A stretch of 64,000 nucleotides of DNA from Alphaproteobacteria bacterium (GTDB lineage Bacteria; Pseudomonadota; Alphaproteobacteria; UBA7887). Positions 8,862 to 18,413 of this stretch are shown in pieces (positions within the stretch are counted from its first letter, which is position 1; each line of letters opens with the position of its first letter). Location: contig CBDCGL010000011.1 in assembly GCA_965216755.1 (NCBI GenBank), forward strand, positions 1,440,001 to 1,504,000. Reading direction: 5' to 3'. The notes below the pieces were generated by a model. That model saw nothing but the letters and a program-made list of their open reading frames with translations. It was not told where the DNA came from and searched no databases. Position numbers and translations under genes: made by a program.

Positions 8862-10796
8862 ATGGACGTCTTCGATCTCTTCTCATCGATTTACAGCCAG
8901 GAGAAGCAGGAAGAACTCACGCTGAAGGACTATCTGCTTGCCTGCCGCGAAGATCCGATGATGTACGCCACGGCGGCGGAACGGATGATTGCCGCAATCG
9001 GAGAGGCGGAAGTTATCGATACCAGTCCGGACCCAAGATTGGGCCGAATCTTCCTCAACCGGACCATCAAACGGTACCCGGCATTTCACGATTTTTATGG
9101 CATGGAAGACACAATCGAGCGGATTGTGGGCTATTTCCAGTACGCTGCACAGGGCCTAGAAGAGCGTAAACAGATTCTTTACTTACTGGGTCCCGTCGGC
9201 GGCGGCAAATCGTCTTTGGCCGAACGCCTCAAGCAATTGATGGAAATTCATCCGGTGTATGTCCTGAAGGCCGGAGACCAGATCAGCCCGGTGTTCGAGT
9301 CACCCCTGGGCTTGTTCAACCCGGACCGCATGGCCGATTTGCTTGAGGAAAAATATGGCATTGCCCGGCGCCGCCTGACCGGATTGATGTCGCCATGGGC
9401 GATCAAGCGCCTCGATGAATTCGGCGGCGATATCTCCAAGTTTACGGTCGTCAAACTGCAACCGTCGAAATTGCGACAGGTCTGTATCGCAAAAACCGAG
9501 CCCGGTGATGAGAACAATCAGGATATCTCAGCGTTGGTCGGCAAGATCGACATTCGCAAGTTGGAACATTTCAGCCAAAACGATCCGGACGCCTATAGCT
9601 TCTCTGGCGGTCTGAATCGAACCAGCCAGGGCCTGCTGGAATTCGTCGAAATGTTCAAGGCACCGATCAAGGTCTTGCATCCCCTGCTCACGGCAACGCA
9701 GGAGGGCAACTATCTGGGTACCGAAAGCTTCGGCGCCTTCCCCTATCAAGGTATCGTCTTGGCGCATTCCAACGAAGCGGAATGGCAGCAGTTCAAGAAC
9801 AATCGTAACAACGAGGCGTTTCTTGACCGCATCTGCGTAATCAAGGTTCCCTACTGCCTACGAGTTACCGAAGAATCGCAGATTTACGAGAAACTGTTGC
9901 ACAATAGCGAGTTGGGCGACTCCCAGTGTTCACCCGGTGTGCTCGATTTGTTGGCGCGCTTTTGTGTTCTCACCCGTTTGCGTGAGCACGAGAATTCGAC
10001 GCTCTATTCGAAAATGCGCGTCTATGACGGCGAGAACCTAAAAGACACGGATCCCAAAGCGAAGTCGATGCAGGAATACCGCGACGCCGCTGGTGTCGAC
10101 GAAGCAATGACCGGTGTCAGTACGCGCTTCGCTTTCAAAGTGCTGTCTGAGACCTTTAACTATGACATCAACGAAGTCGCCGCGGATCCGGTGCATCTGA
10201 TGTATGTGCTGGAGCAGGCGGTCAAGCGCGAGCAGTTCCCCGAGGAAACGGAGAACCGCTATCTTGATTTCCTGAAATCGGAGTTGAGCCCACGATATGC
10301 CGAGTTCATCGGCCACGAAATACAGAAAGCCTACCTGGAATCATACTCCGAATACGGTCAAAATCTGTTCGACCGCTACATCGCCTATGCCGACGCGTGG
10401 ATCGAGGAACAGGACTACAAAGATCCCGACACGGGTCAAATCTTCGACCGGCAGGTCCTCGACGCTGAGCTGTCGAAAATCGAAAAACCGGCCGGCATCG
10501 CAAATCCAAAGGATTTCCGTAACGAAGTCGTCAAGTTCGCCTTGCGTGCCCGGGCCAACCACAAAGGCAAGAACCCGCACTGGACAAGCTACGAAAAGAT
10601 GAAGGACGTCATCGAAAAACGCATGTTCAGCCAGGTTGAAGACCTCTTGCCCGTAATCAGTTTCGGCACGAAGAAAGATAGCCAAACCGATAAGCAGCAT
10701 ACCGAATTTGTCAGCCGGATGACGGGGCGCGGCTACACCGAACGCCAAGTCCGCCGGCTTGTCGAATGGTACATGCGCGTGAATAAGGCCGGGTAG
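8862..10796 (+). CDS. prkA: PrkA/YeaG-family AAA+ serine protein kinase
   Basis: Walker A GPVGGGKS; KTEPGDENNQDIS; EFVEMFKAPIKVLHPLLTATQE; C-terminal RQVRRLVEWY. Start trimmed to MDVFDLF. Confidence 0.95.
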   Translation: MDVFDLFSSIYSQEKQEELTLKDYLLACREDPMMYATAAERMIAAIGEAEVIDTSPDPRLGRIFLNRTIKRYPAFHDFYGMEDTIERIVGYFQYAAQGLEERKQILYLLGPVGGGKSSLAERLKQLMEIHPVYVLKAGDQISPVFESPLGLFNPDRMADLLEEKYGIARRRLTGLMSPWAIKRLDEFGGDISKFTVVKLQPSKLRQVCIAKTEPGDENNQDISALVGKIDIRKLEHFSQNDPDAYSFSGGLNRTSQGLLEFVEMFKAPIKVLHPLLTATQEGNYLGTESFGAFPYQGIVLAHSNEAEWQQFKNNRNNEAFLDRICVIKVPYCLRVTEESQIYEKLLHNSELGDSQCSPGVLDLLARFCVLTRLREHENSTLYSKMRVYDGENLKDTDPKAKSMQEYRDAAGVDEAMTGVSTRFAFKVLSETFNYDINEVAADPVHLMYVLEQAVKREQFPEETENRYLDFLKSELSPRYAEFIGHEIQKAYLESYSEYGQNLFDRYIAYADAWIEEQDYKDPDTGQIFDRQVLDAELSKIEKPAGIANPKDFRNEVVKFALRARANHKGKNPHWTSYEKMKDVIEKRMFSQVEDLLPVISFGTKKDSQTDKQHTEFVSRMTGRGYTERQVRRLVEWYMRVNKAG

Positions 10797-10823
10797 TGCC
10801 CGCCTCGCCGCGGAGACACTGAG

Positions 10824-12137
10824 ATGTCCCATTTCATAGATCGACGGCTGAACCCCAAAGACAAGAGCCTAGGAAATCGCCAGCGATTCATGCGGCGGGC
10901 GCACGCCCAAATCAAGGAAGTGGTCAATCGGTCGGTCAAAGGCCGCAACGTTTCCAATATTGATACCGGCGAAACAATCAAAATCCCGACCAAGGGCATA
11001 GGCGAACCGCGCTTCCACAATGCGCCCACCGGCGGCTATCGACAACGCGTCTTTACCGGCAATCGCGAATTCGTCACCGGCGACACCCTGCCAAAACCGC
11101 CCGAGTCCGGCGGCAATGGCGGTGGCAAGGAAGGCAGCGACCAGGGCGAAGGTGAAGATGCCTTTGAATTTGCCCTCACGCGCGATGAGTTCCTCGACAT
11201 CTTCTTCGAAGACTTGTCTTTGCCCGACCTTGTCAAGACCAGCCTAAGAGAAGTCACGACCTACAAAATGCGCCGCGCCGGATTTACGGTGACCGGCACA
11301 ACCGCGAATATCAACGTGTTGCGCACCATGCGGAACAGTTACGGGCGTCGGCTTGCATTGCGCCGGCCAAATCCGGACGACATCGCCGAGCTCCAGGAAA
11401 AGATCATCCAACTTGAGGCCGTCGAATCACCCACCGAGACGCAAGCGCGTACGCTTTCCGCGCTTCGCGAAGAGCTCGAACGGCTCGAACGGAAATGGCG
11501 CACTGTGCCTTTCATCGATCCGCTCGACATTCGCTACAACAATCTGCAGCCGTTTCCCGAGCCCAACACCAACGCCGTCATGTTTTGCTTGATGGACGTG
11601 TCTGGCTCGATGGGCGAACGTGAAAAGGATCTCGCGAAACGTTTCTTTATGCTGCTGCACCTCTTTTTGCAGCGCCGCTACGAACGAATTGACATCGTCT
11701 TTATTCGCCACACGCACGAAGCGCAAGAAGTCGACGAAGAGACATTTTTCTACAGCCGGGAAACCGGCGGCACCGTCGTCAGTACGGCCTTGGTCGAGAT
11801 GCTGAAGATCGTGCGCGCGCGCTATCCCACCAACGAATGGAACATTTACGCGGCCCAGGCTTCTGACGGCGACAACTATTCGGGTGACGGCCAGCGCTGT
11901 ACGTCGCTGCTGGGGCAAGAAATCATGCCCCTTTGCCAATATTATGCCTATGTCGAGATTTTGGACGAGCGTGAACTTGAGATATTCCGGGGCTCCCACA
12001 ATGGCGCCGCGCTATGGCGGGCTTACCGCCCCGTCGTGGACGATTGGGCGAACTTCGCCATGAAACGGATTGCGCGCCCAAGCGACATTTATCCGGTGTT
12101 CCGCGAGCTGTTCGCGCGAGACAGGGAGAAGAGCTAA
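10824..12137 (+). CDS. yeaH: YeaH/YhbH-family VWA-like protein
   Basis: MSHFIDRRLN...KSLGNRQRF; MFCLMDVSGSM; FIRH; ETGGTVVS; QASDGDN; follows prkA. Confidence 0.93.
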   Translation: MSHFIDRRLNPKDKSLGNRQRFMRRAHAQIKEVVNRSVKGRNVSNIDTGETIKIPTKGIGEPRFHNAPTGGYRQRVFTGNREFVTGDTLPKPPESGGNGGGKEGSDQGEGEDAFEFALTRDEFLDIFFEDLSLPDLVKTSLREVTTYKMRRAGFTVTGTTANINVLRTMRNSYGRRLALRRPNPDDIAELQEKIIQLEAVESPTETQARTLSALREELERLERKWRTVPFIDPLDIRYNNLQPFPEPNTNAVMFCLMDVSGSMGEREKDLAKRFFMLLHLFLQRRYERIDIVFIRHTHEAQEVDEETFFYSRETGGTVVSTALVEMLKIVRARYPTNEWNIYAAQASDGDNYSGDGQRCTSLLGQEIMPLCQYYAYVEILDERELEIFRGSHNGAALWRAYRPVVDDWANFAMKRIARPSDIYPVFRELFARDREKS

Positions 12138-12208
12138 ACCGAAATCGGATTTCCTTCCAGACATAGGCCGATCACTAAAACAACGCATGATGGAACGCAG
12201 GGCTTAGC

Positions 12209-13744
12209 ATGGCACGAAGGGCAAGACGAAAATTATTGTTCGACGGATCCGAATGGGACTTTGACACCCTTCGCAAGACCTATGACGCCATCAATGACGT
12301 GGCGGTCAACGATTTAGGCTTGGACATCTACCCCAACCAAATAGAAATCATCTCTTCTGAACAGATGTTGGACGCCTACTCATCAATTGGCATGCCATTG
12401 ATGTATCGACATTGGTCTTATGGCAAGCATTTCGTACGCGATGAAAAAATGTATCGAAAGGGCTTCGCGGGGCTCGCCTATGAGATCGTGATCAATTCCA
12501 ATCCCTGCATCAGCTACAACATGGAAGAAAACACGATGCCGATGCAGGCATTGGTTATGGCCCACGCCGCCTTTGGGCACAATCATTTTTTCAAGAATAA
12601 TTACTTGTTTAAACAGTGGACTGATGCCGAAGGTATCCTCGATTATTTGAACTTCGCCAAGAACTACGTCGCCAAGTGCGAAGAGAGCCACGGCTTTGAC
12701 GCGGTCGAGGAAACGCTCGATGCCGCGCACGCCCTCATGGATCACAGCGTGTTCCGCTATCGGCGGCCGCCGAAATTGAACCTCAAGGAACAGCAGGCGA
12801 AGGAACGCGAACGACGCGACTACGAAGAACGCACATTTAGCGATATATGGCGGACCTTGCCGAAACACGGCAACAATGAAAAAGATATTGCGGCCGAAGA
12901 AATAGAAAAACAAAAGAGAAAACTAAACCTGCCGCAAGAAAATCTTTTGTACATGATCGAATCGCACAGCCCAATTTTGGAAGATTGGCAGCGCGAAATC
13001 ATTCGTATAGTCCGAAATATCTCACAATATTTCTATCCACAAAAACAAACGAAAATAATGAATGAAGGGTGCGCGACGTTTGTTCATTATTATATCTTGA
13101 ATACACTTTACGACCGAGGCCAGATCACTGAAGGCGCCATGTTGGAAATCATTCATAGCCACTCAAACGTGGTCGCCCAACCGGATTTCGACGACCCTCG
13201 CTATCGCGGTCTAAATCCATATGCTCTGGGTTTTAGTATGATGCGGGACATTCGACGCATCTGTACCGACCCAACGGCGGAAGACCGTGATTGGTTTCCC
13301 GATATCGCCGGTTGTCAGGATTGGCGCAGTGCTCTAAAGGACGCATGGGCAAATTACCGCGATGAGTCGTTTATCCGCCAATTCCTCAGCCCCAATCTCA
13401 TGCGCGAAATGAGGATGTTTGTTCTCACTGACGATCCAGAGGAAAGCCACTTCACCGTTGGCCCAATCCATGACGAACGTGGCTTCGAGGAACTCAGACG
13501 CACCGTCGCACATTCGTTCGACTTGTCGATCCGCGAACCAGACATTCAAGTTGTCGACGTCGATTTGCTTGGTGACCGTCAACTTGTGCTTCATCATGTG
13601 GTACGCAACGGGATTCCTCTGGATGAAAAAGACCGAGACCAAGTCCTGCGCCATATTCGGCGCCTATGGGGCTATGGCGTGACGCTCATTGGAATCTCGG
13701 ACAAGTCCGGCGAAACCGTCTACGAAACCAAGCTCGCGGCCTAA
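12209..13744 (+). CDS. ycgB: SpoVR/YcgB-family protein
   Basis: GLAYEIVINS.PC; AHAAFGHNHFFKNN; YFYPQ.QTKIMNEGCA; NPYALGF; canonical third gene of the prkA operon. Confidence 0.93.
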   Translation: MARRARRKLLFDGSEWDFDTLRKTYDAINDVAVNDLGLDIYPNQIEIISSEQMLDAYSSIGMPLMYRHWSYGKHFVRDEKMYRKGFAGLAYEIVINSNPCISYNMEENTMPMQALVMAHAAFGHNHFFKNNYLFKQWTDAEGILDYLNFAKNYVAKCEESHGFDAVEETLDAAHALMDHSVFRYRRPPKLNLKEQQAKERERRDYEERTFSDIWRTLPKHGNNEKDIAAEEIEKQKRKLNLPQENLLYMIESHSPILEDWQREIIRIVRNISQYFYPQKQTKIMNEGCATFVHYYILNTLYDRGQITEGAMLEIIHSHSNVVAQPDFDDPRYRGLNPYALGFSMMRDIRRICTDPTAEDRDWFPDIAGCQDWRSALKDAWANYRDESFIRQFLSPNLMREMRMFVLTDDPEESHFTVGPIHDERGFEELRRTVAHSFDLSIREPDIQVVDVDLLGDRQLVLHHVVRNGIPLDEKDRDQVLRHIRRLWGYGVTLIGISDKSGETVYETKLAA

Positions 13745-13979
13745 GCACTGCCCTCTTGCGCGCCCCGGTCGCAAAACAGCACATCGGAAGCCACCCGTTC
13801 GATCGGAGCCGTCGACCGGAGTGCCTGATCCAGTACCACGAATCGCATGATCGAACAGGCCACTTGATCCAATTTAGTGAGGGTGCGGCGATCCTGACGT
13901 GAGATAAGGTTGGTGAGGTTATGTGACCGCCGACGCTATCATTTGCGTACAGATGCTTACCAGGGGCCCCGCCACACTG

Positions 13980-14480
13980 ATGTTCACCCACTTGTTGCGA
14001 TTTCCACTGGTCGTTGTCTGCGCGCTGGGCACGCATATTGCCAGCGCCGAGGAAGATATTCTGCAAATCGATCCGGAGCTGGAAACAAGCGGCTCCGTGT
14101 TGGTCTTGCCGGTCCTGGATCCGGCCCGAGGTCGGGAATTGTTTGTGACCAAGGGCTGTGTCGTATGCCACGCCATAAACGGTGTTGGTGGTAAGGCGAT
14201 CAGCGACTTGGGCGGTGAACCGGGACCAAGTTTGGAGGCGGCGAAGCTCGGTCCGCGCCCGGATCCCTTCGATTTCTTCGCAAAGATGTGGCGCGGCGCG
14301 CGCCAGATGATTGATTTTCAGGAACAGCAACTGGGCTATCAAATTGGCCTGCGCGGCGACGAGATCGCCGACATGATGGCCTTTCTGTACGATCAAGCCG
14401 AACAGGACAAATTCACCGCCGAGAGCTTCACGCCACCAATCTTCTGGTATCGGACACCAGTCGATGACGATACCAACTGA
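13980..14480 (+). CDS. Exported monohaem c-type cytochrome
   Basis: Signal peptide; RGRELFVTKGCVVCH (CxxCH); distal Met candidates in AKMWRGARQM; start approximate. Confidence 0.85.
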   Translation: MFTHLLRFPLVVVCALGTHIASAEEDILQIDPELETSGSVLVLPVLDPARGRELFVTKGCVVCHAINGVGGKAISDLGGEPGPSLEAAKLGPRPDPFDFFAKMWRGARQMIDFQEQQLGYQIGLRGDEIADMMAFLYDQAEQDKFTAESFTPPIFWYRTPVDDDTN

Positions 14481-15891
14481 GACGAGGCGCGATACCGGTA
14501 GATCCGTATCCCGTTGGGGCTGCTTCTTATGGGTGCTGACCGCGGCAATGCTTATCCTGTGGACATTGGCACCGGTCGGCGCAGAACCGACCGACCGCAC
14601 CACTGAGGGCGTCTGGTCGGAGCTCGACGCCAACAATAACGTTCGGCTCAAGATCCACTTTTTCTGGGCAATCGGATGCCCCTACTGCAAGAAAGAGCGC
14701 GCCTTTCTAGACGACTTGGTGAACCAATATTCGTGGCTTGACGTCGTCGACTATGAGGTCAGCAAGAATCGCGACAATGTCAAGAGATTGCTTCAAATGG
14801 CAAAAAATGCTGGAGGTAGCACGTCACTGGTGCCGACGTCTTTTGTTTGCGGGCAAATGACGGTCGGCTATCAGTCAGATGAGATTACCGGCGAAACATT
14901 GCACCGGCAAGCTGTCAACTGCTATGCGCGGCTATTGGCATCTGGACCATCAAGCGCGGAAATCGGCGCCTCGGCGGCCGACACGCCGCCCCCGCCCATT
15001 GATTTGCCATTGCTTGGCCAATTCGAGACTGCATCGGCATCGATACCTGTCCTCACAGTTGCCATTGCAACAGTTGACGCATTCAATCCATGTGGGTTGT
15101 TCGTGCTGTTGATGTTGATGAGCATGATGATCCGCGCGCATAGTCGTGCGCACATGTTGGCGATTGGTGCGACTTTCGTGCTGACGTGGGCGGCGATGTA
15201 CTTCCTTTTGATGAGTGCATGGCTGAGTCTATTTGACTATGTCGGCGATATCACGCTGATTACGACGGTCGCGGGCCTCACTGTGTTGGTGATGGCTGCG
15301 CTCAATTTCAAAGACTATATGGGCGTCAAGCGCGGACCAACCCTGTCGATGAGCGCGCGCGCCAAGTCTGGCCTGTTCGCGCGCATGGGCGGACTGAGTC
15401 ATCGTGCAGTAGAGGCGAAAAGCGGTGCGGACGCCGCGCATTCGGGTCCGGTGCGCGCAGCAGCCATGGCACCGATGATCGTGGGCACGATGGCTTTGAC
15501 TTTGTCGGCTGGTGGTTACGCCTTGTTGTGCACGACAGGCTTTGCCATGACGTACACACGTGCCCTTACGCTGCACGACTTGCCCGCGTTTCAATACTTT
15601 CTCTATTTGGGTTTCTATGTTGGCATTTACATGATTCCAATGTCCCTGATCGTCGTCGCCTTTACCGCCACGCTTGGATCAAGAAAACTAAAAGAATCAG
15701 AAGGGCGCGCCTTAAAATTATTATCGGGCATTATGTTAGCCAGTTTGGGTGTCATCCTGGTTACGACGCCCGATTTACTGAAGAATCCGCTCATTGTGGT
15801 CGCTATCATGGTGGCCGCCATTGTGATTACCGCGATTATTACCAATACCGAATCGGTCATCAAGAGTCGGCCCAAAGCCCACCAACCGTGA
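14464..15891 (+). CDS. Thioredoxin/glutaredoxin domain fused to a CcdA/DsbD-like membrane domain
   Basis: Periplasmic CPYC domain with VP cis-Pro motif; membrane part with DAFNPC and LCTTG cysteines and about six TM helices. Confidence 0.8.
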   Translation: MTIPTETRRDTGRSVSRWGCFLWVLTAAMLILWTLAPVGAEPTDRTTEGVWSELDANNNVRLKIHFFWAIGCPYCKKERAFLDDLVNQYSWLDVVDYEVSKNRDNVKRLLQMAKNAGGSTSLVPTSFVCGQMTVGYQSDEITGETLHRQAVNCYARLLASGPSSAEIGASAADTPPPPIDLPLLGQFETASASIPVLTVAIATVDAFNPCGLFVLLMLMSMMIRAHSRAHMLAIGATFVLTWAAMYFLLMSAWLSLFDYVGDITLITTVAGLTVLVMAALNFKDYMGVKRGPTLSMSARAKSGLFARMGGLSHRAVEAKSGADAAHSGPVRAAAMAPMIVGTMALTLSAGGYALLCTTGFAMTYTRALTLHDLPAFQYFLYLGFYVGIYMIPMSLIVVAFTATLGSRKLKESEGRALKLLSGIMLASLGVILVTTPDLLKNPLIVVAIMVAAIVITAIITNTESVIKSRPKAHQP

Positions 15892-15929
15892 CAATCACAC
15901 GATTCCCGATGTTTCAGGAGTTCGACATC

Positions 15930-16277
15930 ATGACGCGCATTTCCTTCTTGTTGGCTCTTGTCCTTGCGTTTGCTGGGCAAGCCGCGGCCAGCGAGCAATT
16001 CACGTTGGACAACTATGAACGGATGAAGAGCTCCGATCGGCAAACGCTGGGCATGATTTTGGGCGCGATGTACGAAACCGCGGTCTATGCCCAAGGCGCC
16101 ATCGAACATCCTGAATTCTGTTTTACGCCGGTCCCCATACCAAGCGCCGAGTTGATCGCGTTCGTCGACGACGAAGTTGCCTCACCGACCGGCAGCCTCG
16201 GGCGCGAGTACACGGGCAACGATCACGTCGCGCTCGTCCTGGTCAATGCTTTGCAAAACCAGGATGTCTGCCGCTAA
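15930..16277 (+). CDS. Small secreted two-Cys protein resembling the Rap1a/Tai-type fold
   Basis: AGGAG RBS before ATG 15930; signal peptide ending AAA; pattern FC..P...(helix)...P...A..LV.AL....C at the C-terminus. Confidence 0.6.
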   Translation: MTRISFLLALVLAFAGQAAASEQFTLDNYERMKSSDRQTLGMILGAMYETAVYAQGAIEHPEFCFTPVPIPSAELIAFVDDEVASPTGSLGREYTGNDHVALVLVNALQNQDVCR

Positions 16278-16312
16278 GCGCAATGCTGCACCAGAATGCA
16301 GGACCACTGGAG

Positions 16313-16741
16313 CTAGGCCCCACGCACCGAAGAAACAAACGCGTCGACTTTGGCACGCAGCAATTGACGTTGTTCAGCAACGCGCTTGGCGGCGTTGACG
16401 GTCAGGCTTGAGGTATTTTGGATTTCTCTGGTGGCCTCAGACACGTGCATGACACTTGCCAAGACTTCTTGGCGGCATATCGAACGTTTGCCGGATCCGT
16501 CCAAGTCACGCACAGCGCATCAAGCTCTGCGTACAACGAATTGGTGTCAGACCAAACATTCACCCTTCGGTTTCGCATACAAGATAGTCGGTGAACATCC
16601 CGCCATCACTCGATCGCGGATCTTGAGGGTCGGCACGCGTAAACTTCCCGCGAGCATTGTACCGGGCGTATTGACCGCGGGCGCTAGGTTTGCGTGGTGG
16701 TCGTTTGGCGACGGATTTTGCTGAGCATTGTCTGTACTCAC
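16313..16741 (-). pseudogene. Remnant of a methyl-accepting chemotaxis protein (N- and C-terminal stubs)
   Basis: 16313-16470 encodes QEVLASVMHVSEATREIQNTSSLTVNAAKRVAEQRQLLRAKVDAFVSSVRGA, matching the usual alphaproteobacterial MCP C-terminus; the upstream short ORF has LKIRDRVMAG, like an MCP pre-TM1 segment. Confidence 0.55.
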
Positions 16742-16961
16742 CCGATTGAGTCCGCACGGCCCGAATCGCTTGTTTGAGTCCTGGGCCGTTGGTTTGCGTG
16801 CAAACGAATCGATTGCGATGTACAGCGTGCAAGCTCTCGTTTTTCAGAACCGATCACATGGTCCGCGGTATCAAGTCAAAGAAAACACCGCTGACGACCA
16901 ACGGCAGCAATCTTGCCACAGATTCCGCAACACTCGTAACGGTCGTTCGCAATCGCAGAAT

Positions 16962-16977
16962 GTTAATTAATGGTTGA
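16962..16977 (-). promoter_or_regulatory. Candidate CtrA box
   Basis: Minus strand TCAA-CCATTAA-TTAAC versus consensus TTAA-N7-TTAAC (one mismatch), upstream of the MCP remnant. Confidence 0.45.
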
Positions 16978-17040
16978 TAAATACTCAAAAATCAACCTGT
17001 GGATGAATTCGTCGCCCCAGACCCACTTATTGGTCAGAAT

Positions 17041-18228
17041 TCAGGCGGGCACCAGTCGCGCCAGGGCGTCAATGGCGGCCTGAACGCCGCCGCGCCCATG
17101 TGGAATTTCAAGCGCGGCAAGGCCAATTTCGACGGCAGAGAGCGCGCCGAGGATCATCGGCGCGTTTACGTGGCCCATGTGGGCGATACGAAATGCGCGG
17201 CCGTTGAGATCGCCAATCCCAATTCCCAGCACCACGCCACATTTCTCCCGGCAATATTCAAGCAGTTGGTTCGGTGATCGGTCGCCGTTTGTTACGATTG
17301 TCGTGACCGCGTCAGCCCGTTCGCGATCGGCAATGATGTTAAAGGCAAGCGCATTGCCCTCGGTCCAGCAAGCGACGGCGTGTCGGACGGCGCACGCCAA
17401 CAACGCGTGCCGCTGATACACACAATCCATGCCCTCATCAAACAGCAAGTCCAATGATTTCCGCAGGGCGAACAGCAAATGCTCGGGCGGCGTGCCGCAA
17501 TATTTCATGTAGTGCTCATCACCGTCGCGTGCAGTCCAATCCCAATAGCGACTGCGCAGATTGGCACGTTGATGCGCGCCCTGAGCGCGTTGGCCGGCCG
17601 CGACGAAACTCAGCCCGGGCATCATCATGAGACCTTTCTGCGACGCTGCGACGGCGACGTCCACGCCCCAAGCATCCATTTCAAAGGGGACGACCGCCAG
17701 CGATGCGACCACATCGACCATTAACAGGGCATCATGACCAGCCGCGTCGATCGCCTCTCTGATCGCCGGGATATCGTTTACTACGCCGGATGCCGTGTCG
17801 ACTTGCACCACCAACACGGCTTTTATCTCACCGGATTTGTCATCCCGCAGGCGCGCTTCCAAGGCCGCCGGATCGACCGCCCGACGCCAGTCGCCCGGAA
17901 TGCGGTCCACCGTGATGCCCAGCATTGCCGCCATTTCGCCCCAACCGTGCGCAAAGCGACCACTCTCCAGCACCAAGATTCGATCACCCCGTGACAATAC
18001 ATTGCTCAAGGCGGCCTCCCACGCGCCGTGGCCATTGGCGGCATAGATGTAGGACCGGCCTTGCGTACAAAAAACCGTGCGCAAGTCCATCAGGCAACGA
18101 TCTGTCAGAGCAATTAGATCTCCTGCATAGATATCCACCGCCGGTTGATGCGCCGCGTTGAGAACGCTTTCCGGAACGGTCGTCGGCCCGGGAATACATA
18201 GAAATTGGCGGCCATTGCTTACTGTCAT
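17041..18228 (-). CDS. Class V PLP aminotransferase (serine/alanine-glyoxylate type)
   Basis: IPGPT N-terminal motif; VDTASGV; D.V.S; PLP lysine in ASQKGLM; FRIAHMG. Confidence 0.9.
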   Translation of the reverse strand: MTVSNGRQFLCIPGPTTVPESVLNAAHQPAVDIYAGDLIALTDRCLMDLRTVFCTQGRSYIYAANGHGAWEAALSNVLSRGDRILVLESGRFAHGWGEMAAMLGITVDRIPGDWRRAVDPAALEARLRDDKSGEIKAVLVVQVDTASGVVNDIPAIREAIDAAGHDALLMVDVVASLAVVPFEMDAWGVDVAVAASQKGLMMMPGLSFVAAGQRAQGAHQRANLRSRYWDWTARDGDEHYMKYCGTPPEHLLFALRKSLDLLFDEGMDCVYQRHALLACAVRHAVACWTEGNALAFNIIADRERADAVTTIVTNGDRSPNQLLEYCREKCGVVLGIGIGDLNGRAFRIAHMGHVNAPMILGALSAVEIGLAALEIPHGRGGVQAAIDALARLVPA

Positions 18229-18413
18229 GTCCCGCGCTTCCTTCCACTACGCATTGCGTCGCGCGCGCAACAATACGAAAGAACGGCACCGTCGAACACC
18301 AACATTGCGGCCCAAAGGGTTCCCGTCGGCAGCACGTGTTTGTCTGGTGTACACTGTTGGCCAACGACAAAGTTTGACGACTGATAATACCAATCGAAGG
18401 AGCCACCGCGGCA

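Noticed and set aside
8862-13744. prkA-yeaH-spoVR as a novel system
   Set aside because: It is a widespread, known three-gene module in its standard order.
13864-13877. FNR-like box TTGATCCAATTTAG upstream of the cytochrome c
   Set aside because: Only one half-site matches.
13686-14651. 321-aa minus-strand ORF
   Set aside because: It overlaps the cytochrome c gene, which has a signal peptide and CxxCH on the plus strand; no motifs of its own.
15528-15929. Upstream part of the 249-aa ORF
   Set aside because: It overlaps the Trx-CcdA gene in another frame; the RBS and signal peptide point to a start at 15930.
17041-18228. Aminotransferase as evidence of serine-cycle methylotrophy linked to the PQQ ADH
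   Set aside because: No hpr, mtd, mcl or other C1 genes are nearby, and this family is common in non-methylotrophs.
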